Made by a program: the position numbers and the translations under genes. DNA of 20,537 nucleotides from Promethearchaeota archaeon (lineage in GTDB: Archaea > Asgardarchaeota > Lokiarchaeia > Sigyniarchaeales > SOKP01). Below the pieces are notes generated by a model. The model worked only from the letters and a program-made list of their open reading frames with translations, ran no database searches and had not been told where the DNA came from. Location of the stretch: the NCBI GenBank assembly GCA_029838195.1, contig JALGVJ010000054.1, positions 1-20,537 on the forward strand. Direction: 5' to 3'. Shown here piece by piece: positions 1 through 9,249 of this stretch (its first letter is position 1; each line of letters opens with the position of its first letter).

Positions 1-384
1 TGTCCTTGCCAAAATGCCGGCCAAAACACCCCATTAGTCGATAATATTCTAAAAAAGTGGAAGTAATGAAACAGAGCGTCAGATAACGAAGAATTCCCTG
101 CTTCTTCCGAAGATATTATCTTCGACCTTTAATAAACCCGAGTAATATCGGCGTGATACGTTCCGGATATGGTTATTCCTAAAGCGCACCTTCCCTTGGC
201 TTGTGAGCAAGAAAGTGAATTTTCCTTTTTTCCTTCCATTTCCGAGAAGTTGAGATGTTCATTCATCTAAGAGATCTCCCAAATTGCCTCATCATGCCAA
301 GAAAAAAAGTTTTAACTTTAAGGAAAATAAATTTTTGATTAAGAATTAATAAAAAATATATTATTATATATTATTATCAAGAGG

Positions 385-1557
385 GTGTGTTCCATGAAAG
401 AACGATTTATTGAACTGAGTTTTTCTGACGTAGGATTAAGTGAATTTGAAAATTATAAAGAGTTAATCAATATATGTGCTCAAGATTTGAATAAACTATA
501 CAAATTAATTCCAAATTTATTGCGTACATTGCTTGAAAATTTAATTTATAGAATATTTTTAGATGGACTTTCTCTTATGCATAAAGAATTTTATTTTCTT
601 CCTTCGAAAAATAGGGCAAGGGATTTCTCCGAATTAATAGAACTTCTTAATATCTTAAAAGATGACCCTAAAATTAAACCAATTAATATTAATATTATTA
701 CAGACAAAACTATTCAATATTTACATGAATTCAGAATTGAAGGAAATATTGATACACATTCGATCATTCCACAAATTACCAGCAATTATGTTATAGAAAA
801 TAAGCAAAAAATAAACATTCTATTAGAAAGCTTATTAACTTTTTATAGATCAATCAAGGATAAAAATATTTATATAACGGATTTACGTACTTTAAATAAG
901 ATTACTTCAAAATTAACTTTATCAACTGCCGTAAATAAACATGATATTAGGACAATAATCGATGAAATTAAAAAGAGTACTAAAGAAAAAATAAGCGATT
1001 TAATAGTGGATCTTGAGGAGGATCGTTTATTAGAGATTGTTGAAAAAATGTTGGCAGAGCTTATAATTAAAGCAAATGATTCAATATTTTCCGAATTGCA
1101 TTTATTTATTACTTTCATTTTCCATTCTATTCGAATTAAGGAATATCGCCTTAAGATTTTTAAATTGTTAATGAGCCAATTAAAAATGCATTATAATTTG
1201 TTGGATTTTGATTATTTAAAACAAGAATTAGCTTCTATAATTGAGCTTGAACCTATATTATTGTTTTGTAAAGGCCCTCAAAATTTAAGTTTTTTTATCA
1301 ATATTTATAAAGAATCTTATAGTTATCGGGATGCGGAACTTAAAAGTAAAATGTTAGATCCCCTCACGCCTTTTTTAAATGAATCTCAATGGAATGACAT
1401 TATTAAGGCATTTGATAAAAATTCTCAGCTAAATGAAGCTTTTGAAGCAAGGGGATTCATGCATAATTGGGCATTCCATTATCAAGAAAAGATATCAAAA
1501 GAAAATTATGAAATTTTAAAAAGGCATAAAATAGAACTATCGCCTTCCTATAACTGA
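385..1557 (+). CDS. HEPN-domain (DUF4145-like) protein with helical C-terminal region; possible defence RNase
   Basis: 390-aa ORF (ATG at 394 is an alternative start). N-terminal helix LLRTLLENL and motif FRIEGNIDTHS fit the R-x2-G-N-x3-H signature of DUF4145-type HEPN domains. Visibly more AT-rich than the cas genes. Confidence 0.55.
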   Translation: MCSMKERFIELSFSDVGLSEFENYKELINICAQDLNKLYKLIPNLLRTLLENLIYRIFLDGLSLMHKEFYFLPSKNRARDFSELIELLNILKDDPKIKPININIITDKTIQYLHEFRIEGNIDTHSIIPQITSNYVIENKQKINILLESLLTFYRSIKDKNIYITDLRTLNKITSKLTLSTAVNKHDIRTIIDEIKKSTKEKISDLIVDLEEDRLLEIVEKMLAELIIKANDSIFSELHLFITFIFHSIRIKEYRLKIFKLLMSQLKMHYNLLDFDYLKQELASIIELEPILLFCKGPQNLSFFINIYKESYSYRDAELKSKMLDPLTPFLNESQWNDIIKAFDKNSQLNEAFEARGFMHNWAFHYQEKISKENYEILKRHKIELSPSYN

Positions 1558-1603
1558 GAAGTATTTTCATATTCCAGCAAACTATTAAATGTGGTAAAAA
1601 TCT

Positions 1604-2156
1604 TTGATAATTCTTTATAAAATAGGTCATAACATTCCCGTAAAATTATTTAATTTTCGCTGCGGAAATAAATTCCGCATGCGTTCTCCCGATCTTGTCG
1701 TGGGAGATATCGAAGGCGTGCTTGAAAAGTTTCATCCCGAATACATCATCTTTGGCGAATCTATGATCAATGCAGACCTTTCCTATTTCGAAACTTTATG
1801 TGAAAAGATGGCAGAAAAGCAGTTTCCCGTTCATTTCGGATGCCACTTTCAAGCAAAAATCACTCCCGAACTAACACGAAAGGCAGTGAAAGGCAGTGAA
1901 TGTCTCCGAAAGCTTACAAGCCATTAATGCTCTCACGCAAGCGAGCATGAATGTGATTGCCATACTGGTAGCAGGTATCGGTTCCGAACAACAAGAACGT
2001 GTGAATCTTCAAAAAATCCTTACAACCATTAATCATTTCTCGAAAAAACGCATTGTATCGTCCAATGAAAAAAAGAAATTAAACATCCAATGGCGACCTG
2101 CCTACATGCATTTAGTACCCGGTTCCTTAGATTATATGCCTACATACATTATATGA
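1604..2156 (+). pseudogene. Fragment of a B12-binding-type radical SAM protein, truncated and frameshifted
   Basis: ORFs 1604..1927 and 1896..2156 carry class-B radical SAM core-like segments (FRMRSPDLVVGDI, YIIFGES, ITPEL, ILVAGIGSE, LVPGSLDY). The CxxxCxxC motif and the GxES segment are missing. The frameshift coincides with a tandem AGGCAGTGAA at 1881-1900. Confidence 0.65.
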
Positions 2157-2387
2157 CATATATCAATCCCTTCGGGATGGACCCCTTTTTCCTTTCCCTT
2201 TAATATAACAGGACATCCCGCAGCCTCGATTCCCGTGGGTTTTACGAAAGAAAACCTTCCCATCGGCATGCAGCTCGTGGCAAGATTAAGAGAAGAGCAT
2301 CTCCTCTTACAAGCATCCCATGCTTTTGAAAAAATAGCACCGTGGTATGATAAAAATCCTACTTTTTCTCATTCCTTGATGCGCTAA
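2157..2387 (+). pseudogene. C-terminal fragment of an amidase-signature (GatA-like) protein
   Basis: My translation, not in the ORF track: HISIPSGWTPFSFPFNITGHPAASIPVGFTKENLPIGMQLVARLREEHLLLQASHAFEKIAPWYDKNP...*, the typical amidase C-terminus (FNxTGxPAxSxPxG..LPxGxQ). The N-terminal part of the protein is absent. Confidence 0.8.
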
Positions 2388-2581
2388 TATTTTATTAATA
2401 TGGATTTAATCAATGGATCTCTCGTGTGGATATATTTCTTATAATTCAACAACGCTTCTAAAACTCCAGAAATTTTCATATCCCGAATACCAAACAAATA
2501 TTCCGATATATTTTTTATCTCTGTTCCATAATTAATCATTGTATTAATTAATTAAACTTGTAAAAAGCAAATAATAAATAA

Positions 2582-3124
2582 ATGAAATCTAAAAGAACCC
2601 CCTCTCATGAAACAAAACTAAATTCCATTGAAACTAAAATACGCGATTATCTATTAGAAGAAGGCTTACTACGAGAAAAATTAACTGATCCTCGCTTTGA
2701 ATTTGGCTTTCGATTTCAGTTCCCCAATATGAAAGGGTCGCAAGGGCAAGATTTGGGACGTAGCATGCTGATCGTGAAGCCAAAAAATAAAAACTTGGTC
2801 GAACTCTCGTGCGCGACACAGATTGCCCCTCAACACGTGAAGGCTCTAACCAAAGATTCCTTGACCCGCTCCCGGCAATTTTATAAGGAGTTGAGGCGGC
2901 TGTTTTTCGAGAAAGAGGTGTTTTTCAACATCGATCCACGGCACCATCGATTCGTGGTCATTGATAATTTTTTCATTGAGAACGAGGATTCATTAACTAA
3001 AAACCGCTTGTTTCAAAGCATTCGGAAACTATTCAGCACGACCATGTTAGCATTAGTTCTTTTAGAAGAGTATCTTCCGGGGATGAGCGGGGGAATTGAC
3101 TCGAATGAGTTAAAATTACTTTAA
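2582..3124 (+). CDS. DUF2299-family archaeal conserved protein
   Basis: 180-aa ORF with IRDYLLEEG...FGFRFQFP...IVKPK...QIAPQHVKAL pattern that I recognise from DUF2299 proteins; convergent with cas6. Confidence 0.6.
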   Translation: MKSKRTPSHETKLNSIETKIRDYLLEEGLLREKLTDPRFEFGFRFQFPNMKGSQGQDLGRSMLIVKPKNKNLVELSCATQIAPQHVKALTKDSLTRSRQFYKELRRLFFEKEVFFNIDPRHHRFVVIDNFFIENEDSLTKNRLFQSIRKLFSTTMLALVLLEEYLPGMSGGIDSNELKLL

Positions 3125-3195
3125 CTACGAATTATTTCAAATTCAAACCTTATCTATTTTTTCAAAAAAAGAAATTCGTTTTAAAGCCATTAACG

Positions 3196-3903
3196 TTAGG
3201 GAGGATGCGTAAGCGGAGGGAGGCGATACACGGAGCCATATCCTCGTGATACTGCTTTTCCTAACCCAAAATAATTAGGAATTTTAAAGTTAGTTTCGAA
3301 CATACCCGTGAAGCCGGTCATTTTAATGCCCTTAAAAAGGATATTTATAGGGTGTACTTCCAATTCAACGTGAATGGGGGAGGGCACATGGTAATTCAAA
3401 TATTTACACATGGAAAGGATATTCCCGATTAATATTTTTTTTAGGAGATTCCGCCGCATGAGAAGGGAGGCCGACTTATATTTTTGCTTGTTCTTTTCGT
3501 TGAAGGCGAGCCAAGGGGTTAGAAATTTATAACGATATACTTTTTTCGAGGAGATTTTTAACGTGGGCTCGCTATAATGAACTTTTATTTTTACTATGGG
3601 ATAGTCATTATTTCCTAAAGACAATGTTTTCAAATTCAAGATGACATGGCGCAAGATAGAGATGTTTTCTTCTCCGATTGCCAAGATGATGGCGTACTGC
3701 TCATGAACATGGTATTGGATGGAAGGATATCTATAAAATAATGAATGCTGCTTGGAATTCGAGATATGATGATGCAAAGAAGGAAAAGAAGGAAATTGAG
3801 CTCCGATAAAACCTCGCAAGTGAGCCCCATTTTCTTCAATGGGACGATTCGTAAATAAAAAAACATTTAATACCTGTAATTTCATGAGCAATCCTAAAAT
3901 CAT
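3196..3903 (-). CDS. cas6: CRISPR-associated endoribonuclease Cas6 (Cas6b-like)
   Basis: LRGFIG...LHHH...YRYPSIQY N-terminal motifs, FLTPWLAFN, ILIGNILS, C-terminal G-rich loop GLGKAVSRGYG; last gene of the csm operon, start overlapping the csm6 stop. Confidence 0.93.
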   Translation of the reverse strand: MILGLLMKLQVLNVFLFTNRPIEENGAHLRGFIGAQFPSFPSLHHHISNSKQHSLFYRYPSIQYHVHEQYAIILAIGEENISILRHVILNLKTLSLGNNDYPIVKIKVHYSEPTLKISSKKVYRYKFLTPWLAFNEKNKQKYKSASLLMRRNLLKKILIGNILSMCKYLNYHVPSPIHVELEVHPINILFKGIKMTGFTGMFETNFKIPNYFGLGKAVSRGYGSVYRLPPLTHPP

Positions 3904-5387
3904 TAGAGTTTTTTAACGTGTTCTAAAATTAATTCATTAATGATGTCATACACGTTCATGAATGACACGGTTTTTTTGTTCATGAGGAAAGCAAGAAAAA
4001 TAGAAAGGTGGTTTTTTAAAGAGGCAAGCAAATCATTAATGTCTTGTCCGTACAAGGATTCAATGGTTTTTTCTGATACGGGTTCGAAGCCATGGGCGAT
4101 GATGGATTTATTCCTCAATTCTCCCAGGTATGCTGAACCTGAACTGTTCGGATATTTTGTTTCAAGAGTTTCTTTTCCCATCTTTTTATATTCATCGTAT
4201 CGATACTTATTTATTTTATCCAGCAAATCAATGATATTCCATACAGGATAATAGTGATTTCTGTTATTCAGTTGTTTCAATTTTTGAAGGGCAATAAAAA
4301 ACATGAGAGGACGATTGAGTTGCTCGGCGGTCAAATCCAACGGTTTTCCGCGAAGCGTGATAGACTCTAAATCATTCCAAATGGCAGGCTCGTGAGCCTT
4401 TAGATAAGATAAAAAGTTACCATGCTGCTTAACGTCCTCAAGATATTGAACCACGGGAGAGGATTGAAACACGCACTTGAGAATTTCATTTAATAATGCC
4501 TCTTCTAGTCGAAAAAGAAGCGCAATCAGCAAGATGAGGTTTCCTGTTTCATGACAAATTTCGATTTTCCAAAAAAGCTCTTTTATCAGATCCACGTGAT
4601 TAAGAGGTTTTGGAATGTCCAAGACTTTTAATTTATCATGGAACACGTGAGACACTTGCTTTTTATAATTGGTTAACTCAGTGCGTGCTCTTTCAAAATT
4701 GAAATTGTCCCTAGCCCGAGCATGACGCAAAAGGGATAAAAGGGGCTTGCTTCCTTCCAAGTTATCTTCGCTTAATAAGGCAATGAGGGAAGAATAATTG
4801 TATCCTTTTAATAATTCTAAGCAAGTATTTTTTAAAAAGACCTTGCGAATGGTAAGCTCGTGATTGACGGGATTTAGTGTCCCTTGATCCACGTTATAAA
4901 ATTCTATGTTTTTAGGATATAATAAACTCAAAATGATGTATAAAGCGGCATTCATTTGAGGCGTGCCGCCCGAAAGCGAGATGATCTTAATGCCTTCTTG
5001 ATTTAAAATGCTATTTTTTTGCGTGAAATAATCCGTAAAAAAACGGAAAATCCGTTCATGATCCGTGGGATTATTAGGATATTCTACCACGTTCACTCGC
5101 ACGTGGGGATGGTTTTTTTCAATAATTTTTTTCAAAATGCCGGCAACATGGAGCGTGTCGGAATTATTATAGCGGGTATCTTCTTGGTTGGTCGCAAATA
5201 AATACACGTGATTCAATTCTTTTCCGAATTCTCGAAAATACGGCTCGAGGATGGGATAACTCAAGCTAGCCTCTTCCTTATTAAAATTATTAAGAATTTC
5301 AAGGCTTGCCTGGCGAAGGTTATTCCGATTTAACAAGGATCCATTTTTTTGCACGTCCCTATTGCCGACATTTGCTATTAAGATCAT
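3903..5387 (-). CDS. csm6: CARF + HEPN cOA-activated RNase, Csm6/TIGR02710-like
   Basis: N-terminal CARF-type motifs (ILIANVGNRD, YLFATNQ, SLSGGTPQM) and C-terminal HEPN motif LRNKSIIAHG; lies between csm5 and cas6. Exact subfamily uncertain. Confidence 0.8.
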   Translation of the reverse strand: MILIANVGNRDVQKNGSLLNRNNLRQASLEILNNFNKEEASLSYPILEPYFREFGKELNHVYLFATNQEDTRYNNSDTLHVAGILKKIIEKNHPHVRVNVVEYPNNPTDHERIFRFFTDYFTQKNSILNQEGIKIISLSGGTPQMNAALYIILSLLYPKNIEFYNVDQGTLNPVNHELTIRKVFLKNTCLELLKGYNYSSLIALLSEDNLEGSKPLLSLLRHARARDNFNFERARTELTNYKKQVSHVFHDKLKVLDIPKPLNHVDLIKELFWKIEICHETGNLILLIALLFRLEEALLNEILKCVFQSSPVVQYLEDVKQHGNFLSYLKAHEPAIWNDLESITLRGKPLDLTAEQLNRPLMFFIALQKLKQLNNRNHYYPVWNIIDLLDKINKYRYDEYKKMGKETLETKYPNSSGSAYLGELRNKSIIAHGFEPVSEKTIESLYGQDINDLLASLKNHLSIFLAFLMNKKTVSFMNVYDIINELILEHVKKL

Positions 5388-5457
5388 GATGCCCCCCCTT
5401 ATATTATTATTATTATTTTCATCATTAACATCGTTATCTTTATTAATAATATACTCA

Positions 5458-6789
5458 TCAATTCCATGTTAATTTTATCCATCCGAAAGGAAATGTGGCT
5501 TTATCATCAATCATTACAAATTTCCGGGTCAAGGGAAAAATCATGTCCGACATGTTAAATTGGGGTTGTATTCTTTCTATTAAAAACACGCGTATGTATT
5601 TCTTTTTTCTGTCTATACTGCCGATTCTACAGAGCCATTGTTCATTTTTCGATTGAGGCTTAGGGGAATTCCTGTCTATATAAATATTATATCCTTTATC
5701 CCTTGTAAAATATTGCCCTTGTTTATTTATTCTATCGAATCTAAAGATTTTCCAATTTTTTACGTCAAGAGAATCGGGATAATTCAAGAGCACGGTAATG
5801 CCGAGGATGCTGGAGCCTTGTCCCAAGCGGATAATGGCCTCGTTTGAATTTAAAGTATTAATTTTTTGACGGAGTTCTTCGTAATAGGAAATAATAGGGG
5901 TTAAATTTGCATCATTTTGCTTTTTAAACAAGGATAATTCGTAAGTAATGAGTTCTTTAGAAAACTCGTTTAAAGTTGAAATGATATTCTCTTTTTGAAG
6001 GTTGAATTTACTCGTTTCTAAGATATTAGAATCAATTAATTTAGTATTGATTTTTATAGCTCCTTTTGATATAAACCCTTTTTTCAGCATTTCATAAAAC
6101 ATGGGGATGGTAAATTGCTTATTTTTTAAATGATAAACCTTGGATTCCATTATTTGAAGACACGTTTTACAATTCATTACAGTCAAATCAGATATTGAAA
6201 GGGCCCGTAATAAATCCGTTTTAGCATTCTTGCGATTTTTTCCATTCTTGCGAATTAGATTTTGCACGTGGCGGTCATTCATGGCCCCATAAGATCTATT
6301 CACTAAATCATCGAGAATACGTTTGGAGTCATGTTGATGGGATTTTAACACGTCAAAAAGGATAGCAGTTCGTAAGGCACCCTTGAGACTCGAGCCGGGG
6401 ATGTACGGTCGATCGCACGAGGTAATGAACTGATGGATTTCATTTTTTCCGATTGATCCAACCAAATCAAGGCTTTTTTTAATAGCTTCCTTCCAATTCA
6501 TTTGATAATGATCAAGAAATTCTTGTACATCCTTATTCCAAATATTATTTTGAAAATTCTCATTAATATCATTGGTAAGGTCGTCAATAAATTCGATAGG
6601 AACGCCGGATAATAGCTTTTCAAAATTAATGATGTGAATTTTATTGCCTTCCGGAATGTAATCCAGCTGAGAGTATTTTTTGCCCGACCCGATGAATAAG
6701 GGAGATAACCCTTCCATGAGTATTTCATGCGATTTAAATAATTCCTCATTGTTTTCTTTTTCCATTCCAATCTTCTCCATTTTTTTCAT
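5458..6789 (-). CDS. csm5: Type III-A RAMP protein Csm5
   Basis: LSPLFIGSG, PYIPGSSLKGALRTA, DLLRALSISD, RLGQGS, FPLTRK, PFGWIKL motifs; follows csm4. Confidence 0.92.
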   Translation of the reverse strand: MKKMEKIGMEKENNEELFKSHEILMEGLSPLFIGSGKKYSQLDYIPEGNKIHIINFEKLLSGVPIEFIDDLTNDINENFQNNIWNKDVQEFLDHYQMNWKEAIKKSLDLVGSIGKNEIHQFITSCDRPYIPGSSLKGALRTAILFDVLKSHQHDSKRILDDLVNRSYGAMNDRHVQNLIRKNGKNRKNAKTDLLRALSISDLTVMNCKTCLQIMESKVYHLKNKQFTIPMFYEMLKKGFISKGAIKINTKLIDSNILETSKFNLQKENIISTLNEFSKELITYELSLFKKQNDANLTPIISYYEELRQKINTLNSNEAIIRLGQGSSILGITVLLNYPDSLDVKNWKIFRFDRINKQGQYFTRDKGYNIYIDRNSPKPQSKNEQWLCRIGSIDRKKKYIRVFLIERIQPQFNMSDMIFPLTRKFVMIDDKATFPFGWIKLTWN

Positions 6790-6790
6790 T

Positions 6791-8014
6791 TTAAATCTCT
6801 CCTTCCTCCGCTTGATTGGGACCGATATTCATGTAAAATCCAATGCCATTTTTATATACTTCATGATGAGTCCGTGCGAATTCTTTGGAAGCAACTTGTA
6901 CCAATTTTCCTTTTATTTTTCCTGTAAAAACAGAACCCTCTTTAATGAATTTTACATCCAAAAATCTCTGGGTCTTACTATCAAGGGAGTAACAATAGCC
7001 CGTGCGGTCTAATAAGGAATAAAATTTAACGTGTTTCATGTCAATTTTGGGTGTTGCGGGATATACTAAAGAAAGGTTCATGAATTCTCTATGATTAGAT
7101 TCCTCTCCATTCGAAAATAAATCATTTAAATTAGGTTCCTTCTCTAAGGGTTCGATCACGACATCATCGAATAAGCCCGCACCCAAGCTCCTTTCTCCTC
7201 CGATTCCGTTGTCAGTTAGCAATTTAATGGCAGCTTTGAGAATGGAAACATGGGCTTCCTTTAGTCCTGAAGGATCTAGCAAGAAGTAGAATCCGGGAAC
7301 TAATTCATGAATCAATCTTGCATCTTCAGAACGAATAAAATAATTAGAACGAGTTAGATATAATTTTGATCTCGTGAAGGGTTCGGATTTAGCCTCCGAA
7401 ATATTAAAACCACATCTCTTGATGCGTACTCGTTGCTCTTCTACTTGGCGTAGTAATTTTATTTTCTCTTTAATTGCAATGAATTCCGTATCATGTTCAT
7501 GAGGTATTTTTTTTTGAACCCACTTTTTCCATCCCAAGATCTCCAAGTCTTTATCGTCCAATAAATGGGAATCGTCGAGTAAATAAAATGCATTGAACGA
7601 AAGCGGTTCTCCCTTTTGAAGTTTCCTTGCGGTATTGGATGAGAGGTATTCCACTTTCTTGAATAGTTTAGGATTTCCTTCCAAATAACTTTGTGCCTCT
7701 TCCGTGAACGTAAATCGCTTTAACGGAGCAGGCAAAAAAAATAAGGAAGATAGCTGTTTTTGGTCCTTATAAATGTCAATGTAATGAAAACAAGAACTTA
7801 GCTTGAACCATCCATCTCCCGTCTTTAAGCTATCCTGCACGGCGGCCAAAAATTCTTTTAGAACCTCTTTTCCCTCTAAAAGGCGAATGTTATTACAGAG
7901 GGCACTGAATAACGTATCGCTGTGAATGAGGGTGCTTAAATTGCCCGCATGATCCTCTCCAATGCTGTAATAGTTTCGAGTCTTAGATATTAATTTTATT
8001 AAATACATCCTCAA
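6791..8014 (-). CDS. csm4: Type III-A RAMP protein Csm4 (Cas5 group)
   Basis: IHSDTLFSAL, LSSCF, FFLPAP, GIGGERSLGAGLF, EGSVF motifs. Start is at 8014 or 8008; either overlaps the csm3 3' end. Confidence 0.93.
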   Translation of the reverse strand: MRMYLIKLISKTRNYYSIGEDHAGNLSTLIHSDTLFSALCNNIRLLEGKEVLKEFLAAVQDSLKTGDGWFKLSSCFHYIDIYKDQKQLSSLFFLPAPLKRFTFTEEAQSYLEGNPKLFKKVEYLSSNTARKLQKGEPLSFNAFYLLDDSHLLDDKDLEILGWKKWVQKKIPHEHDTEFIAIKEKIKLLRQVEEQRVRIKRCGFNISEAKSEPFTRSKLYLTRSNYFIRSEDARLIHELVPGFYFLLDPSGLKEAHVSILKAAIKLLTDNGIGGERSLGAGLFDDVVIEPLEKEPNLNDLFSNGEESNHREFMNLSLVYPATPKIDMKHVKFYSLLDRTGYCYSLDSKTQRFLDVKFIKEGSVFTGKIKGKLVQVASKEFARTHHEVYKNGIGFYMNIGPNQAEEGEI

Positions 8015-8807
8015 ACCATTGGATATTATTTATATCACGTACATTAAATGAAGTATCCGTCAATGCAATTTCAGCTTGCGAGGATTTATAAAATTCCACG
8101 GGACGATAATTAAGCTTGATATTTTCAAAACTAACTTTTCCGCTCCCGCGCGTTCCGCTTGCTCCCAAGTAATCATCTTCCAGTAGTTTTAAACCCGTGA
8201 ATAGCGTTTTTAAGAGCTCCTTGTCTTCCCCAGAATAAAGATCTAAAATGATCTCAAATCGAAATTGAACTCCTGGAGGTACCCGTTCCAGATGGCGAGG
8301 ATTAGCTTTTGCAGTAATTCTATCGATTGCATTTTCAATTTTATCTTCCGTGTATTCTAACTCGAGATTCTTAAATAACTCGTGTTTATTTTTTTCAAAA
8401 TGTTCTACATCCAGCCATGCATCCCGAAAAATTCCTCTTTCGGGTTCGTTAACATCAGGATCTCCAAAAATTTTCGTGATGTCATCAATTTTCTCTATTA
8501 TAACCTTGTCATTTTCTTTTTTAATAAATCTGTGAATGACCATTTTTTCATCAAAGTATCCTTTCCCATCGCTATCATACTCATTTCTTAATGGATATTT
8601 TGACGTCTCCAAGAGACTTCTCATCTTTCCCTTGAGGGAGCTTCCGGGGATATAAGGCACGCCTTTAGCATCCCGAATCACCGGAGAATCAATTCCGCCT
8701 ATATTTAGGGCGGTTTTGCTTCCTCCAATTGCCAAACCCGTTCTTACTACGATATTTCCCGTTATTAAAACTTTTCCTTTTAATTGTAGATCATTCGTCA
8801 TGTTCAT
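7983..8807 (-). CDS. csm3: Type III-A backbone RNase Csm3 (Cas7 group)
   Basis: TGLAIGG...IGGIDSPVIRD (catalytic Asp present), PYIPGSSLKGKMRSLLE, ENAIDR, ANPRHLERVP, YLGASGTRGSG. Confidence 0.97.
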   Translation of the reverse strand: MNMTNDLQLKGKVLITGNIVVRTGLAIGGSKTALNIGGIDSPVIRDAKGVPYIPGSSLKGKMRSLLETSKYPLRNEYDSDGKGYFDEKMVIHRFIKKENDKVIIEKIDDITKIFGDPDVNEPERGIFRDAWLDVEHFEKNKHELFKNLELEYTEDKIENAIDRITAKANPRHLERVPPGVQFRFEIILDLYSGEDKELLKTLFTGLKLLEDDYLGASGTRGSGKVSFENIKLNYRPVEFYKSSQAEIALTDTSFNVRDINNIQWFEDVFNKINI

Positions 8808-9169
8808 TCTTTTCCTCCATATGATCTGTGATAGGCTAATATAGCTTCAAAAAAATCCTTAAAAGCGATTAACATGTCGTCATTTTGTATATTTTTTATC
8901 AAAGCATCTAATACTTTTACTAAAGGTGTTAATTCCTTAAATCTTCCTTTTTGATACGCCAGTTTTGGACGTAATAAATGAAGATTCGTTTTTGCTTCAT
9001 TATAGTCATCCGGTAACGTTTTTACTACCTGAAAAATGCCTCGAATTTGAGATGTGGAAATCTTTTTATCGCTGGCACAGAATCTTCCAAATTCTTCGCT
9101 CAATGTTATGAATTGCTCAATGTTTTCCTTTTTCAGAATGGATTCTGCCTTATTTATTATTTTATTCAC
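8804..9169 (-). CDS. csm2: Type III-A small subunit Csm2 (Cas11)
   Basis: STSQIRGIF, LLRPKLAYQKGR, FFEAILAYH motifs; ATGA overlap with csm3; GTG start. Confidence 0.95.
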   Translation of the reverse strand: MNKIINKAESILKKENIEQFITLSEEFGRFCASDKKISTSQIRGIFQVVKTLPDDYNEAKTNLHLLRPKLAYQKGRFKELTPLVKVLDALIKNIQNDDMLIAFKDFFEAILAYHRSYGGKE

Positions 9170-9249
9170 TAATTGATTTTCATTTTCTTGTTTCTTTTTT
9201 TTTTTTCCTCTATTTTTACTTTTATTAAAGTTCTTACCTTGGTAAATGG

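Noticed and set aside
1-300. Possible gene end (CPCQNAGQNTPLVDNILKKWK*, 1-66) and short frames
   Set aside because: Too short and interrupted on both strands to assign.
2154-2156. In-frame TGA as possible selenocysteine
   Set aside because: It lies at the junction of two incomplete, unrelated enzyme fragments, is not at a Cys-equivalent site, and I found no convincing SECIS.
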